Source: Acinetobacter phage vB_AbaS_TCUP2199
DNA: 64,000 bases
Sequence record: ON323491.1
Reading direction: 5' to 3' (one strand)
Below, in pieces: positions 28,309 to 38,900 of this stretch. The translations under genes were made by a program, and so were the position numbers. The stretch's first letter is position 1. Each line of letters starts with the position of its first letter. A model generated the notes under the pieces. It was not told the origin of the DNA. It made no database searches and saw only the letters and a program-made list of their open reading frames with translations.

Positions 28309-28887
28309 TTGCTAAACCGTGTAGCTGCAGAAACTGCAGCTACTGTCAAAAACATGGTGGGTATATTCCCTGTGCCGATAAAGTATATAAAGCACAAGCA
28401 ATATATCAAACACGGGCTAAGCCACCTAAAAAATTGTGAGACCAAAATGAAGACAATCCACCAACTGGTCGCAGACCAAGAAAAGTTAAGTCAAAAAATT
28501 AGAGAGCATCAAAACGAAATCCGTATTTTGCAAGAGGGTATTATTGCCATTTGCGACGAGATTAAGGACCGTTTTGCACCTAAAGATATTCTAGGTCACC
28601 TATTTAAAATCAAGGGTTATACCTATGAAGTTGGGTATGATGAAGAATCACGCAACTATGATGCTTTAGAGGAACGTATTTTCCGTGTTAAAAGTTGGGG
28701 CCAAGGCTACAAGAAAATCATGGAAGGTCGTTTATGCAAGGTTATTGCTGTAGACCTTATGAACATCATGCCTGATAAGAAGGAAATTAGATGGATGATT
28801 ACAGCTATTCCAGCCAATGCAGATGGTAAATTTGGTAATTTAATTATTCGTACCAATGTTATTGACAAAGTATCACTAAGTGATTAA
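28309..28887 (+). CDS. hypothetical protein (start uncertain; alternative starts at 28354 or 28447)
   Basis: ORF; TTG start given by the ORF-finder. Confidence 0.4.
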   Translation: MLNRVAAETAATVKNMVGIFPVPIKYIKHKQYIKHGLSHLKNCETKMKTIHQLVADQEKLSQKIREHQNEIRILQEGIIAICDEIKDRFAPKDILGHLFKIKGYTYEVGYDEESRNYDALEERIFRVKSWGQGYKKIMEGRLCKVIAVDLMNIMPDKKEIRWMITAIPANADGKFGNLIIRTNVIDKVSLSD

Positions 28888-28914
28888 TGTGTAATAGCTT
28901 ACTCGACAAAGCGA

Positions 28915-28944
28915 ACACTCCAACTTGATTGGGGTGTTTTCTTT
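28915..28944 (+). terminator. rho-independent terminator
   Basis: acactccaa-cttga-ttggggtgt followed by tttctttAACCTAAAA. Confidence 0.55.
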
Positions 28945-28982
28945 AACCTAAAATTTTTTAACCTACCATTATGGTGAACTAA

Positions 28983-29696
28983 ATGACTGATCAACAAGCG
29001 CTACCAGCAAACGTACAAGAAAATTATCGTGAGCTTTCACACATGGATTTCGGGGCCATTTCTCGTTTAATCAATCTCCGCGCTGGCCGTGTACCAGCGA
29101 CAAGTGTTCAAGCTGCTACTGTCATTCAACAATTCAATTTAATTGAATCAGAATTAATCGAAGGTAAACGGGCTGCTGCAGACGGTAATGTTGATCAGGT
29201 CCGTGATGCCATTGCTGATATTATTCTTTTAGCTGCTGGTCAAATGGGTCATATTCAAGAACTGGATGTTGCCGAAGATTTTAAACGTATGTGTGCGTTT
29301 AATATGACTCGTATTCCTCAGTCTGTAGATGAAGCTGCAGCTACTGTAGAAAAATATGCAGCCATTGGTATTGAAGCAGTTATGCTTGAACCAATCACTG
29401 TTGGTGGCAGCACGTTATTCCCAGTAGTTACTGCAGATAAAGAGCAGTGGGATACTGAGAAAAACGAACACTATCCACCTCGTAAGTTCTTGAAATCAAT
29501 CAATTTTTCTGACGTTTACTATGAGCCATTAGCTCTTACAGAAATTGTAGGTGGTGGTGTAGACGTAGAACACTTGGTTGGTACTCAATTTACCTCTAAT
29601 CATTTAGATTTGATCAAAACTGAACTTGAACAAGAAAACTTGTTAAGTGAAGAAGTGATTGAAGTTCTTGAACGTCTTGTAGGGAAACGCGCTTAA
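28983..29696 (+). CDS. MazG-like nucleotide pyrophosphohydrolase candidate
   Basis: IESELIEGKRAAADGN...DAIADIILLAAG resembles the EExxE/DxxxD all-alpha NTP-PPase signature. Confidence 0.4.
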   Translation: MTDQQALPANVQENYRELSHMDFGAISRLINLRAGRVPATSVQAATVIQQFNLIESELIEGKRAAADGNVDQVRDAIADIILLAAGQMGHIQELDVAEDFKRMCAFNMTRIPQSVDEAAATVEKYAAIGIEAVMLEPITVGGSTLFPVVTADKEQWDTEKNEHYPPRKFLKSINFSDVYYEPLALTEIVGGGVDVEHLVGTQFTSNHLDLIKTELEQENLLSEEVIEVLERLVGKRA

Positions 29697-30643
29697 TGAC
29701 CTTACGCACTATCAATGTCGCAACTATCGAGAAAATGGTAGATGAAGACTCACACGGTACACACACCTATGCCAAAATTATTGAAGCTTCCAAGTGTATC
29801 CAGACTGGAAAAAAGCTTATTACTTTTGAGTTGTTTTTTCCCCGCGCTATTCTGGCAGAAAAAAACACGCACCGTAAACACTCCAAGAATACTGGCTCTA
29901 GCCGTGCTATTCCTGTATTGCGTTTACTTAAAGACATTATGCGTTCACCCTTTACACCTCTCTTTTGGGGGGCCAATAAGTCTGGTATGCAATCAGCCCA
30001 AGAACTTCCCCTCTGGAAGCGAGTTCTTTGTGCTTGGATTTGGATTACTCATCGTTATTTCACTTATTTCACGGTTCGCTTATTAACTAAGCTTGGCCTA
30101 CACAAACAATGGACCAACCGTTTGTTTGAGCCGCATAGCTATATTCGCCAAGTTGAAACCAGTGATAGCTTTGATAACTTCTTTGATCTTCGCTACCATG
30201 ATGATGCTCAGCCAGAAATCATCTTACTGGCTATCATGATGAAGCGTGAGATTGAATATATTGAAAAGAACAACCTTTGGAATAAAGTGGATGCACGTAA
30301 AACCAAAGGTGATGCTCTCAACTGGCACTTACCATACATCACAGATCAAGAGCGCAACATTTATCGTCGCTTCCCTGAGTATCTGGCTAAGTTGTCGTCA
30401 GCTCGTACAGCGCGTACCAGTTTCTTGACACAGGAAGGGGTTGAGCCTAAGCCTGAGAAAGAAATTGAGACGTTTAAAAAGCTGGCATTATCAAAACCGA
30501 TTCATGCTTCGCCACTTGAACACATTGCATATCCGAGTTTGGATGGTAATGTCAAGTCTCGTAATTTCACTGGTTATGTTCAGTACAGAGAAATTTACGA
30601 AGAAAAAGAATTTGGAAGCCCTATTGTAATTCCGAAAGTTTAA
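29696..30643 (+). CDS. ThyX-like (flavin-dependent thymidylate synthase-like) protein
   Basis: THRKHSKNTGSSR resembles the ThyX RHRx7S motif but the first Arg is Thr; 315 aa is longer than typical ThyX. Confidence 0.45.
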   Translation: MTLRTINVATIEKMVDEDSHGTHTYAKIIEASKCIQTGKKLITFELFFPRAILAEKNTHRKHSKNTGSSRAIPVLRLLKDIMRSPFTPLFWGANKSGMQSAQELPLWKRVLCAWIWITHRYFTYFTVRLLTKLGLHKQWTNRLFEPHSYIRQVETSDSFDNFFDLRYHDDAQPEIILLAIMMKREIEYIEKNNLWNKVDARKTKGDALNWHLPYITDQERNIYRRFPEYLAKLSSARTARTSFLTQEGVEPKPEKEIETFKKLALSKPIHASPLEHIAYPSLDGNVKSRNFTGYVQYREIYEEKEFGSPIVIPKV

Positions 30644-30664
30644 TAATATAGTGAACGAATCGAA

Positions 30665-30690
30665 CGACACCTAACAGGTGTCGTTTTTAT
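30665..30690 (+). terminator. rho-independent terminator
   Basis: cgacacct-aaca-ggtgtcg followed by tttttATCACCTAAA. Confidence 0.6.
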
Positions 30691-30708
30691 CACCTAAAGG
30701 AAAGTACC

Positions 30709-31770
30709 ATGTCTATGCCAGATGACGTTTTAAAAAACTTACGTGGGGTTTTGCACTTTTCACGTGCTGAGTTAGCTTCACCGCCACAGCCATTTTCTGA
30801 GGAAATAGCTGCAGAAATTCGCGCAATGCTATATCCACCTGTACCTCTATACCTTTCACGTAAATCTATTTTTGAATTAATGAATGAAGGTCATAAGGTA
30901 ACGATTGAAGGCAAAGAATGGCGACCAGCTCATTTTTATTTATTTGAACATTTATATGATCAAGACTTGCCAGTAGAAGCAACAGGACCACAGCCAGATA
31001 TTGCAGAATTAAAACGTAAACAAGCAGTGCGTGAATATTTTGGTATTGACGCTGAACAGTTTGAAGCTGGTGTCAAAAAAGCAGCAGAAGCTTTCCAAGC
31101 AATGTCTCATGCTGCACAAATGAAATTTAAAAAATGTGAAGGCCCATGTTCGGGCAAATGTGGAGAAAATCAAGTGACTCAAGATCGTAAAGTTTCAGGT
31201 GACCATGTTGGTGCAGTTAGTATGGCTAATGCTCGACAGACAGCGGATATTAACCCTCAAGCTCGTTATGAAAAAGGCGGTTTCACTGGTACAGTAAAAC
31301 AGTTTGGTGAAACTATGGCAGTTGGTGCAAACGTTGAGCAACTTCCAAAAGTTGGAAGTGATATTTTCAAACAAGTTCGTGGTATGGACCCAGATGAACA
31401 TCAACGTATTCAAGACCACTATAACGAATCTGTAGCTATGGCTGCTGGTTCAAAATTCCAATTTGAACCAGCTCGTATGATGAATGTTCGCCAAGGTTAT
31501 TCTGAACTTGCTGAGGTTCTTGCACTGGCTCTTGAACAGGCACAGAACGGGAAAGGGAATGCGCGTCACCAAGTGGGTACGACACCGTTTATTGCTCAGC
31601 CAATTTGTGAACTTGCGCGTCTATATGGTGTTGGTTACAACTTCGGTCAGGCAGCTAAAAAAGCTCATGAAACTCAACAGCTTGAATCTAAAGAAGCAAA
31701 ATTGGCTGAAATCCTTGGTGGTATTAATTATCTAGCTGCAGCATATATTGTTATTGCTGAGCAAGAATAA
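30709..31770 (+). CDS. hypothetical protein (353 aa) inside the nucleotide-metabolism cluster
   Basis: Contains CEGPCSGKCG; no recognisable family. Confidence 0.5.
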   Translation: MSMPDDVLKNLRGVLHFSRAELASPPQPFSEEIAAEIRAMLYPPVPLYLSRKSIFELMNEGHKVTIEGKEWRPAHFYLFEHLYDQDLPVEATGPQPDIAELKRKQAVREYFGIDAEQFEAGVKKAAEAFQAMSHAAQMKFKKCEGPCSGKCGENQVTQDRKVSGDHVGAVSMANARQTADINPQARYEKGGFTGTVKQFGETMAVGANVEQLPKVGSDIFKQVRGMDPDEHQRIQDHYNESVAMAAGSKFQFEPARMMNVRQGYSELAEVLALALEQAQNGKGNARHQVGTTPFIAQPICELARLYGVGYNFGQAAKKAHETQQLESKEAKLAEILGGINYLAAAYIVIAEQE

Positions 31771-31840
31771 ACACAATATGTAGTTGTCAAGACTATTTTT
31801 TAATATATTTTTGCAGTAAATTACTACCATCACCACCATA

Positions 31841-31868
31841 AAGGGCACGTCACGTGCCCTTTATTTTC
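31841..31868 (+). terminator. palindromic hairpin plus T-run
   Basis: aagggcacg-tca-cgtgccctt followed by tattttc. Confidence 0.5.
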
Positions 31869-31886
31869 GACTCTACAGGTAGAAAT

Positions 31887-33836
31887 ATGTTATTAAAAAA
31901 CCATGTTGATTATTCGCGTGATCAACTATTGTCAGCCTTTGGTATGGCGACATTGAAAGACCGATACCTCAAACCATTTGAAGAATCACCTCAAGAACTT
32001 TATATGAGAGCTGCAACCGCTTGGGGAAGTAATAAAGCTCACTCTCTCCGTCTATATGACTATGCCAGTAAAGGCTGGTTTGGTTTTGCAAGTCCCACTA
32101 TTTCAAATGCCCCTGTACGAACAAATTACCTCTCCGACACTGTAGCAAACTTCACACGCGAATGCTTTGAGTCTGTAGAAGGTGCTTTACCAATCTCTTG
32201 TTTCACTGGCTATGTGGGCGATAACCGCGAAGAAATCGGGAACCATTACTATGAATCTGTTTGGCTGGCTTCAAATGGCGGTGGCTATAAAGCTGCATGG
32301 TCTGCACTTCGACCAATCAATTCGTCAACTTCAACAGGCTCTAAGACGGGTGGACTTATTCCATTTTTCCATGTTATGGATGGTCTTATTATTGCTACTC
32401 ACCAAGGTAATAACCGACGTGGCGTGTACGGTGGTGCTTGTGATGTTAGTCATGTCGAAATTATTGAGTTTATTAGCAGCCGAAAAATGACAGGTGACGT
32501 GAATAAACGTTCACGTAATATTTTCCAAACTGTCAATATCCCAGATATTTTCATGTACGCTGTACTTGAAGATGCAATGTGGGGCCTAACAGACCACCAT
32601 GGTAATGTTGTAAAAACTATCAAAGCACGTGTGCTTTGGGAAATGATCATGGAAATGCCATTTGAAACTGGCTGCCCATTCATTATGTGGTCTGACTCAG
32701 CAAATGATGCTTTACCAACTTCTCAAAAAATGCTTGGTCTTAAAGTTCACAACCCTAACATCTGTACTGAAATCACATTGGCTACCAATAAAGATCGTAC
32801 TGCTGTTTGCTGCTTGTGTTCACCAAACGCTGCCAAATACGATGAATGGAAAGACCACCCTCAGTTCATTTCAGACCTTACAGAAATGCTTGATAACATT
32901 CTGGAATACTTTATCCAAAATGCTATGTATGCATGTACTAAGGATTATGACTGGGATAAGTTATACAACACCATTAATGAATCAATGTCTGAAATTGGCG
33001 TTGAATTAACTGCAGACCAAGTTCAAAAATTGGCTAAAGACATTGTTGAAAAGAATATCATGGGCTACAAAAAAGCTGTGTATTCTGCTAAACGTGAACG
33101 TGCCATTGGTATTGGTTTAATGGGCCTTGACACATATTTCATGTCAAAAGAAATTGCTTATGAATCAAATGAAGCATTGGCTCTTACCCAAGAAATCACA
33201 CGCAATATCAAATCTAACTTTGTCAAAGCTTCTAAACGTTTAGCCCTTGAACGTGGTGAGCCAGAAGACATGATCGGCACTGGTATGCGTAACTCACACG
33301 GTTTGGCTATTGCACCAACTGCAACTAACTCAATCATTGTGAACGTGACTGCAGCGTTAGAAAAATGCTATGAAAACATTTATACGCAAAAAACCAAGTC
33401 TGGTACTTTTGAAGTTGTAAACCCAGCACTGGTTAAGTTGCTTGATAAATATGGTATCAACACACCAGAAGTTCGCAAGTCTATTGCTGACCAGCAGGGT
33501 TCTGTACAACATATTGAACAGTTCACAGATCATGAACGTAAATATTTACGTACAGCATTTGAAGTGGACCAACGTTGGATTGTTGAACACGCTGCAGTAG
33601 CACAACAATCTGTGTGTCAAGCTATCTCTGTGAACCTGTTCTTTAAACCAGAAACGCCACGTGAATATGTGAACAATGTTCACTTGTTAATGTGGAAACG
33701 TGGTTTAAAAACTCGTTACTACGTTCGCACAAAAGCGGTCAATACTGCAGATGCATTTGCAGACGAATTGATCAAAAATTACAACACTATTGACTATACT
33801 GCAGGCTTCAATAGCTGTGTAGCATGTGAAGCATAA
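31887..33836 (+). CDS. nrdA: ribonucleotide reductase class I large subunit
   Basis: Active site HNPNICTEITL (N-x-C-x-E); C-terminal cysteine pair SCVACEA; start placed after the hairpin. Confidence 0.85.
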   Translation: MLLKNHVDYSRDQLLSAFGMATLKDRYLKPFEESPQELYMRAATAWGSNKAHSLRLYDYASKGWFGFASPTISNAPVRTNYLSDTVANFTRECFESVEGALPISCFTGYVGDNREEIGNHYYESVWLASNGGGYKAAWSALRPINSSTSTGSKTGGLIPFFHVMDGLIIATHQGNNRRGVYGGACDVSHVEIIEFISSRKMTGDVNKRSRNIFQTVNIPDIFMYAVLEDAMWGLTDHHGNVVKTIKARVLWEMIMEMPFETGCPFIMWSDSANDALPTSQKMLGLKVHNPNICTEITLATNKDRTAVCCLCSPNAAKYDEWKDHPQFISDLTEMLDNILEYFIQNAMYACTKDYDWDKLYNTINESMSEIGVELTADQVQKLAKDIVEKNIMGYKKAVYSAKRERAIGIGLMGLDTYFMSKEIAYESNEALALTQEITRNIKSNFVKASKRLALERGEPEDMIGTGMRNSHGLAIAPTATNSIIVNVTAALEKCYENIYTQKTKSGTFEVVNPALVKLLDKYGINTPEVRKSIADQQGSVQHIEQFTDHERKYLRTAFEVDQRWIVEHAAVAQQSVCQAISVNLFFKPETPREYVNNVHLLMWKRGLKTRYYVRTKAVNTADAFADELIKNYNTIDYTAGFNSCVACEA

Positions 33837-33846
33837 GGAAAAACCC

Positions 33847-34887
33847 GTGGAAAATCAAGAAGTTAAGCAATTTAAATTGACGGATAAACGACCATACTAC
33901 AAGCCATTTACTTATCCATGGGCTTACCAGTATGCCGAAGAACACCGTCGTATGAACTGGACTAAAGAGGAAGTTCGTTCATTACACGAAGACATTCTGG
34001 ACTGGCATGCTTTACCAGAGGAACGTCGTAAACCATTAGAACTTCTGCTTCTGTACTTTACTCAAGCAGACTGGGATATTGGTGATTCGTACATTGAAAA
34101 CCTTTTCCGCTGGTACAAAATGCCAGAACTTCGCCATGGTTTAATTCGTACTGTTGACCGTGAAGCAACTCACGTAGACAACTACGATTTGCTACCAGAC
34201 CAGTTTGGTATTCCTCATCGTAACTACCAAGACTTGATGGACATTGACGCTATCTATGACCAACATGCCTTTATGGTTGCACAACCAGATGATGATTCTG
34301 TTGAAGCTCGTTTGTTGACTTTAACCAAACATATCTGTGGTGAGGGTATTTCGATTTACGGTATTTTCTTAATGCTGTTAAACGAATCCCGCTTTGGTCG
34401 TATGAAATGTTTGGGCCAAGAAATTGTCTCTTGGTCAGCACGTGATGAAAACCAACACGTTGGTTTCTTGACTAAATTGTTCACTACCGAGCTTGAAGAA
34501 AACCCAGAGGTTGATTTAGAACAATTACGCCAAAATGTGGTTTGCTTAATCAAGCTTGCTGTTGAACGTGCTATTGCAATGGCTAAAACTGTTCTAAGCT
34601 ATGGTCCATTAGAGGATTTAACCTTTGAACAGATTTCATATTTCTTAATGCAGTTAGCCAATGTTCGTATCCGTCGCATGGGCTTAGGCATTAAATCTAT
34701 CTATGATGTAGACGAAATTGTTCGCCTTGAATGGGCTGGTTCATTATTCCGTGGTTCATTGGATAACTTCTTTGAAACTGCAGGGACCAACTACCAGATT
34801 GGTGCAATGATTGGTGAATGGAAATATCCTGAACCTAATACCTATTTCAAAGACAGTGATTATGAAAAAATGATTGCCAATGGTTAA
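33847..34887 (+). CDS. nrdB: ribonucleotide reductase class I small subunit
   Basis: Di-iron ligand motifs EATHVDNY and ARDENQHVGF; GTG after AAGGA. Confidence 0.8.
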   Translation: MENQEVKQFKLTDKRPYYKPFTYPWAYQYAEEHRRMNWTKEEVRSLHEDILDWHALPEERRKPLELLLLYFTQADWDIGDSYIENLFRWYKMPELRHGLIRTVDREATHVDNYDLLPDQFGIPHRNYQDLMDIDAIYDQHAFMVAQPDDDSVEARLLTLTKHICGEGISIYGIFLMLLNESRFGRMKCLGQEIVSWSARDENQHVGFLTKLFTTELEENPEVDLEQLRQNVVCLIKLAVERAIAMAKTVLSYGPLEDLTFEQISYFLMQLANVRIRRMGLGIKSIYDVDEIVRLEWAGSLFRGSLDNFFETAGTNYQIGAMIGEWKYPEPNTYFKDSDYEKMIANG

Positions 34888-34892
34888 GCCAT

Positions 34893-34927
34893 AAAGAAAA
34901 ATACCGCCACTTGGCGGTATTTTTTAT
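34893..34927. terminator. bidirectional terminator between convergent nrdB (+) and tail fibre (-)
   Basis: A-run, ataccgcca-ctt-ggcggtat, T-run. Confidence 0.65.
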
Positions 34928-35925
34928 GCTACGTATTCACTTGGATTATAGTTGCCAGCAATCTGGCTCACGACACGTTCAATCATTAGGCCACTGATAT
35001 GGAATTGGTTGCCAGCTTCACCGTCGCCATTTGGATAGAAACCAATAACAGCACCGCCAGTTGTATTTGCAATAAAGCTGATAGAGTAACGAGTCATTGT
35101 TTCAGATAAAACCAATGGGTGCGGGTTGGTTACAGCAAAGTTACCATCTGCTAGTCGGATGACACAACGCATTTTTTTACCTGCAGTTGCAGCCATGGCG
35201 TAGAAGCTGTAAATATATTGAACCCCAGCTACCAGTTGGATGTTCTCGTAAGTATCTGGTGTGTCATCAAAATAAATATAAGCGTCTGGGTTAGCAGCAT
35301 TGGTACACTCAATAGTCAACCGTTTTCCACGTACATGTTTTAATGTGGTTTCATCACTTACTGTGGCCGTAACATCTGCTTTGGACCAGCTTGCAACACC
35401 AGCAAAGCTTTTGATGTAATCATTTAAAAGGTTTATGCCTGCGCCTGCTTTACTGAGTAAGCCATACATTAAGCCACGGACCTGAGAAACAGCACCAATG
35501 GTTGCAGCTAGACCATGTTCAGTCTCAGATGCGTAAATGTCACCGCTTAAAGCAACAATACCAGTTACGCCTACGCCTGCAGCACGAATATCATTCATGG
35601 AAACGCCAGTGATTAAGCCTTGGGCATTCACTGTGATAGACGGAATTTTAATTGTGGACATGTAGGTCCCAGCAACAACCCCTGAGTTCTGCAGGGTTAA
35701 AATTGCTGATTTATTACCTGAACCATCAAAGCTGACAGAACCAGTTACTGAGCCAGAAAAAGAAAGGGTAATTTCTGTAGCCCATTTACTTGCTGACACA
35801 GCATTATCGGCAGCATTTAACTTACCTTCTTTTAAATCTTTAATGTCTTGACCAACTCTTACAGCGAGTTCGTTTACACCTACCGCTACCTGTTCGGCCG
35901 TTAGTGTTTCAATTGTGTCAGCCAT
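34924..35925 (-). CDS. side tail fibre protein (333 aa)
   Basis: Downstream of the J-like gene; Gly/Ser/Thr/Val-rich repeats. Confidence 0.55.
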   Translation of the reverse strand: MADTIETLTAEQVAVGVNELAVRVGQDIKDLKEGKLNAADNAVSASKWATEITLSFSGSVTGSVSFDGSGNKSAILTLQNSGVVAGTYMSTIKIPSITVNAQGLITGVSMNDIRAAGVGVTGIVALSGDIYASETEHGLAATIGAVSQVRGLMYGLLSKAGAGINLLNDYIKSFAGVASWSKADVTATVSDETTLKHVRGKRLTIECTNAANPDAYIYFDDTPDTYENIQLVAGVQYIYSFYAMAATAGKKMRCVIRLADGNFAVTNPHPLVLSETMTRYSISFIANTTGGAVIGFYPNGDGEAGNQFHISGLMIERVVSQIAGNYNPSEYVA

Positions 35926-35976
35926 AAATAGGACCCATAAAATACACCCATATCAATGGGTGTATTCTATCAGAGA

Positions 35977-38900
35977 TTAACTTGAGCTGCTGTTATAAAC
36001 AGCGGTAGGGTTAAAACCGTTGGTAGACACCGCTGGTACAATCACCTCAGCCCATTCAGAATCTAAAGCATTGTATTCCCAATCTGGTGGGTCACCAATT
36101 ACACCATTCTTATCTGAGACACGAATCTTGATCTTGGCACCAACAAAAGTTTCATCTGGGGCAAATAATATACCGCCCATACTGTTGTCAACTTCAAAGT
36201 ACAAATCAAAGATACCTGAATTGGCTGGTGTACTTGCTGCTTTAATTGGTAAGTCAAGGTAACCATAAATACGATAGTCACCATCGTTATGATCTGAAAT
36301 TACAGCAAAGAAAGGTGACCATGCATATTGCTCACGGAAATACTGCTCAAATATTGGATACTGACTATAATTTGGAATTTGCACAACTAAATGTACGAAT
36401 ACCATCCCTTCTGGTGCAGTACGAATATTCCAGCTTTGTTTAGCGCGAGTATATGACTCAATACCAAGGATTACTGGTTTAGGGTACTTAGCAACTGGTA
36501 AGCTGCCAGAATCATCCCCATAATAAGTCCAAGTGTCAGTTTTTTGAGTATCTACAAAACCACCGTTGGCAGCACTTGTAGCTTCATAGCGTAAACTCAT
36601 TTTGTATGTGCCAGCGCCAACATACGGAATATCGTAGTAAGTAGAATCAACTGGTACTGGTTGGTTGGCACTTGATCTATACGGAGCTGAATAGTTTACA
36701 TAAGCTTCGTTATAAATTAAACCAGTGTACGGTTGGAAGTTAGCCTGAGTAAATGCAAAACGGATACTCTTGGTCGGAGCATAATATTCAGCAGAAATAA
36801 ACTTAGGTAAACCATTTTCCTGAGCTTTACCAAGCTGAACATTATCCATGATTAATGGTTCACCTGCCTGCCCAGCTTTGTTGTATGGTGTAATCTTCAA
36901 CTTCAAACTGGTTGTCTCAGGGAAAGCTGGGGCCAACACACCTTCGGTATCAAACAATATGGTTTCACGCGCTTCACCAGTTTCCTTGTTTACCCAAGTA
37001 ATTTTGTACTTGTGTGCTGGGTCAATCGTATTAAACGTAATACCATAAGTTGGCTGACCTAAAGCGTTTGACAAATCACGAAGCCACAGGCGAACATCAA
37101 ACGGCATACTAGGGATACGGTCACGCTTATAGGTTAAGTCCAAACTGTTATATTTGAAATTAACCAAGCTTGGGTCATTAATATTGTCAATGGCTTGGTA
37201 CTTGATCGGGGCAACAATGGCACCTTTAAACAAGAACATTTCGCCTTGAGCAACGTCTGACGAATCCGTTTGTTCAATACTGAGGACACGGAAAATTTTA
37301 GGCTGACCGTACACGCCACCTGCTAAACCAATTGGTGCATTCTCAATACTGTTAAGGTATAAGTTTACATCATCCAATTTTTCAACTTCTGTCACCAGTA
37401 ACTGGTGCGGGTTGATACTTTTCACGAATGCAGTCATCACAGTATCCTGTGTATGGAAATACATTGTGTAAACTTCACTAGATGACATTTCAACCAAAGC
37501 ATCACGAAGGGTAACCAACTGGGTTGCTGGGTCGTAACTAGAAATACGAGTACCTAAACCCCAATCCATTTCTTTATCGAAGATATAGAAATTATCATAT
37601 AAATCAACAACATGACCCAAACGAGGTTGGGTGAATGTGATGAAAGTGGTTTCCTCTTTATTGGTGTACATTAAGTAAACCGCCTGACGGATAGCTTCAC
37701 TTAAATTAGTTGCACCAACACATTGGAATGCGTAAGGAATAATACCATTGACCGCTTGGCTTTCTTCATCTAAAAGAACACGACGGTCCTCTTGGTAATC
37801 GTTCGCAGCATTGGCAAAAATTACACGCATGAAGTTATACCGTGATGAAAGGTCAGAACGGTAATAGCTTAAACCAGTTTGGAATACTGTTTCTGAACTG
37901 ACAAAGAAACGAGGGGTCTTTGGTTTATCAATAAAGAAGCGATAAACACCAAACATCTCCCGACTGGTCGCATGGAATGAACCAAGGACATATTTTAAGT
38001 ATTCATCAATGTCGCGTTCAGCGGTAATAGCTTCATTAAAAGTGTGACGAGGTTTCATTTCACCGTTAAGGTCAGGTACTTTCTCATCACAATACTTGAT
38101 AGCTTCCATCAAGCTGGTGTTGTCTACACGTAGCTGCGGCTCACTAGCTCGTTTACCCCAATCGCGGTTCATGATGATCTCACGCGCAATTAGAGCATTA
38201 TTGTCGGTCCAACCTTTCTTGAATCGACCATCCCAGATGCCTGCCCAAGTTTTGGTGATCGGATTATAGTTGACAGGAATGTCACACATTAAACCCATAA
38301 TCTCAGCAGTAAAGTCTGGCACATCGTCAAAACGGTCAGTATGCTGGGCCACAACATGGCAGATAGCGGTTTTTGGATAAGCTTTTTCTGTGTCAGTAAT
38401 GATAGTCACACTATCTAAACTGATTGTTTTAGATGAGAATTTCTTTTCATCAGAAGTCAATTCCTTACTACGACGAACAATTTGAACTTCCCAATCATGG
38501 TTAGCATCTGAGTCATCAAAAATAGGAATGTTTAATTCGTAAATGTAACCTGCCGTAGTCTTACCAGTTACCACAATCATTTCATTTTGAATTTGAGAAG
38601 TAGTAGTACCCGTTGGTAATTGGCTTAAATACTTTTCATATAAATCAACAGAATAAGCACGACGAATTAAACGACCATAGCCGCCATTCTGATACTGAAT
38701 TTCTGTTTCTGCAGGTGTATCTAAGTTACCTAAGTCAGCAGACACAATGTTTTTGAGTTCTTTTAAAGTGTTTAACTCAAAATCATATTGCTGAGCAGGG
38801 GTCATGGCATCAAAATCAAGACCTCTATCTTTAGCAGCTTGACGAAGGGTAGCAACCTTACGCTTATATTGAATTAAAGTCTCTGTGGTTTCATTCACAT

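Noticed and set aside
28203-28439. 78-aa ORF overlapping two neighbouring genes
   Set aside because: Out-of-frame overlap with better-supported coupled genes and no RBS.
29742-30629. Alternative-frame ORFs inside the ThyX-like gene
   Set aside because: Nested in a well-supported ORF and hydrophobic junk translations. Spurious.
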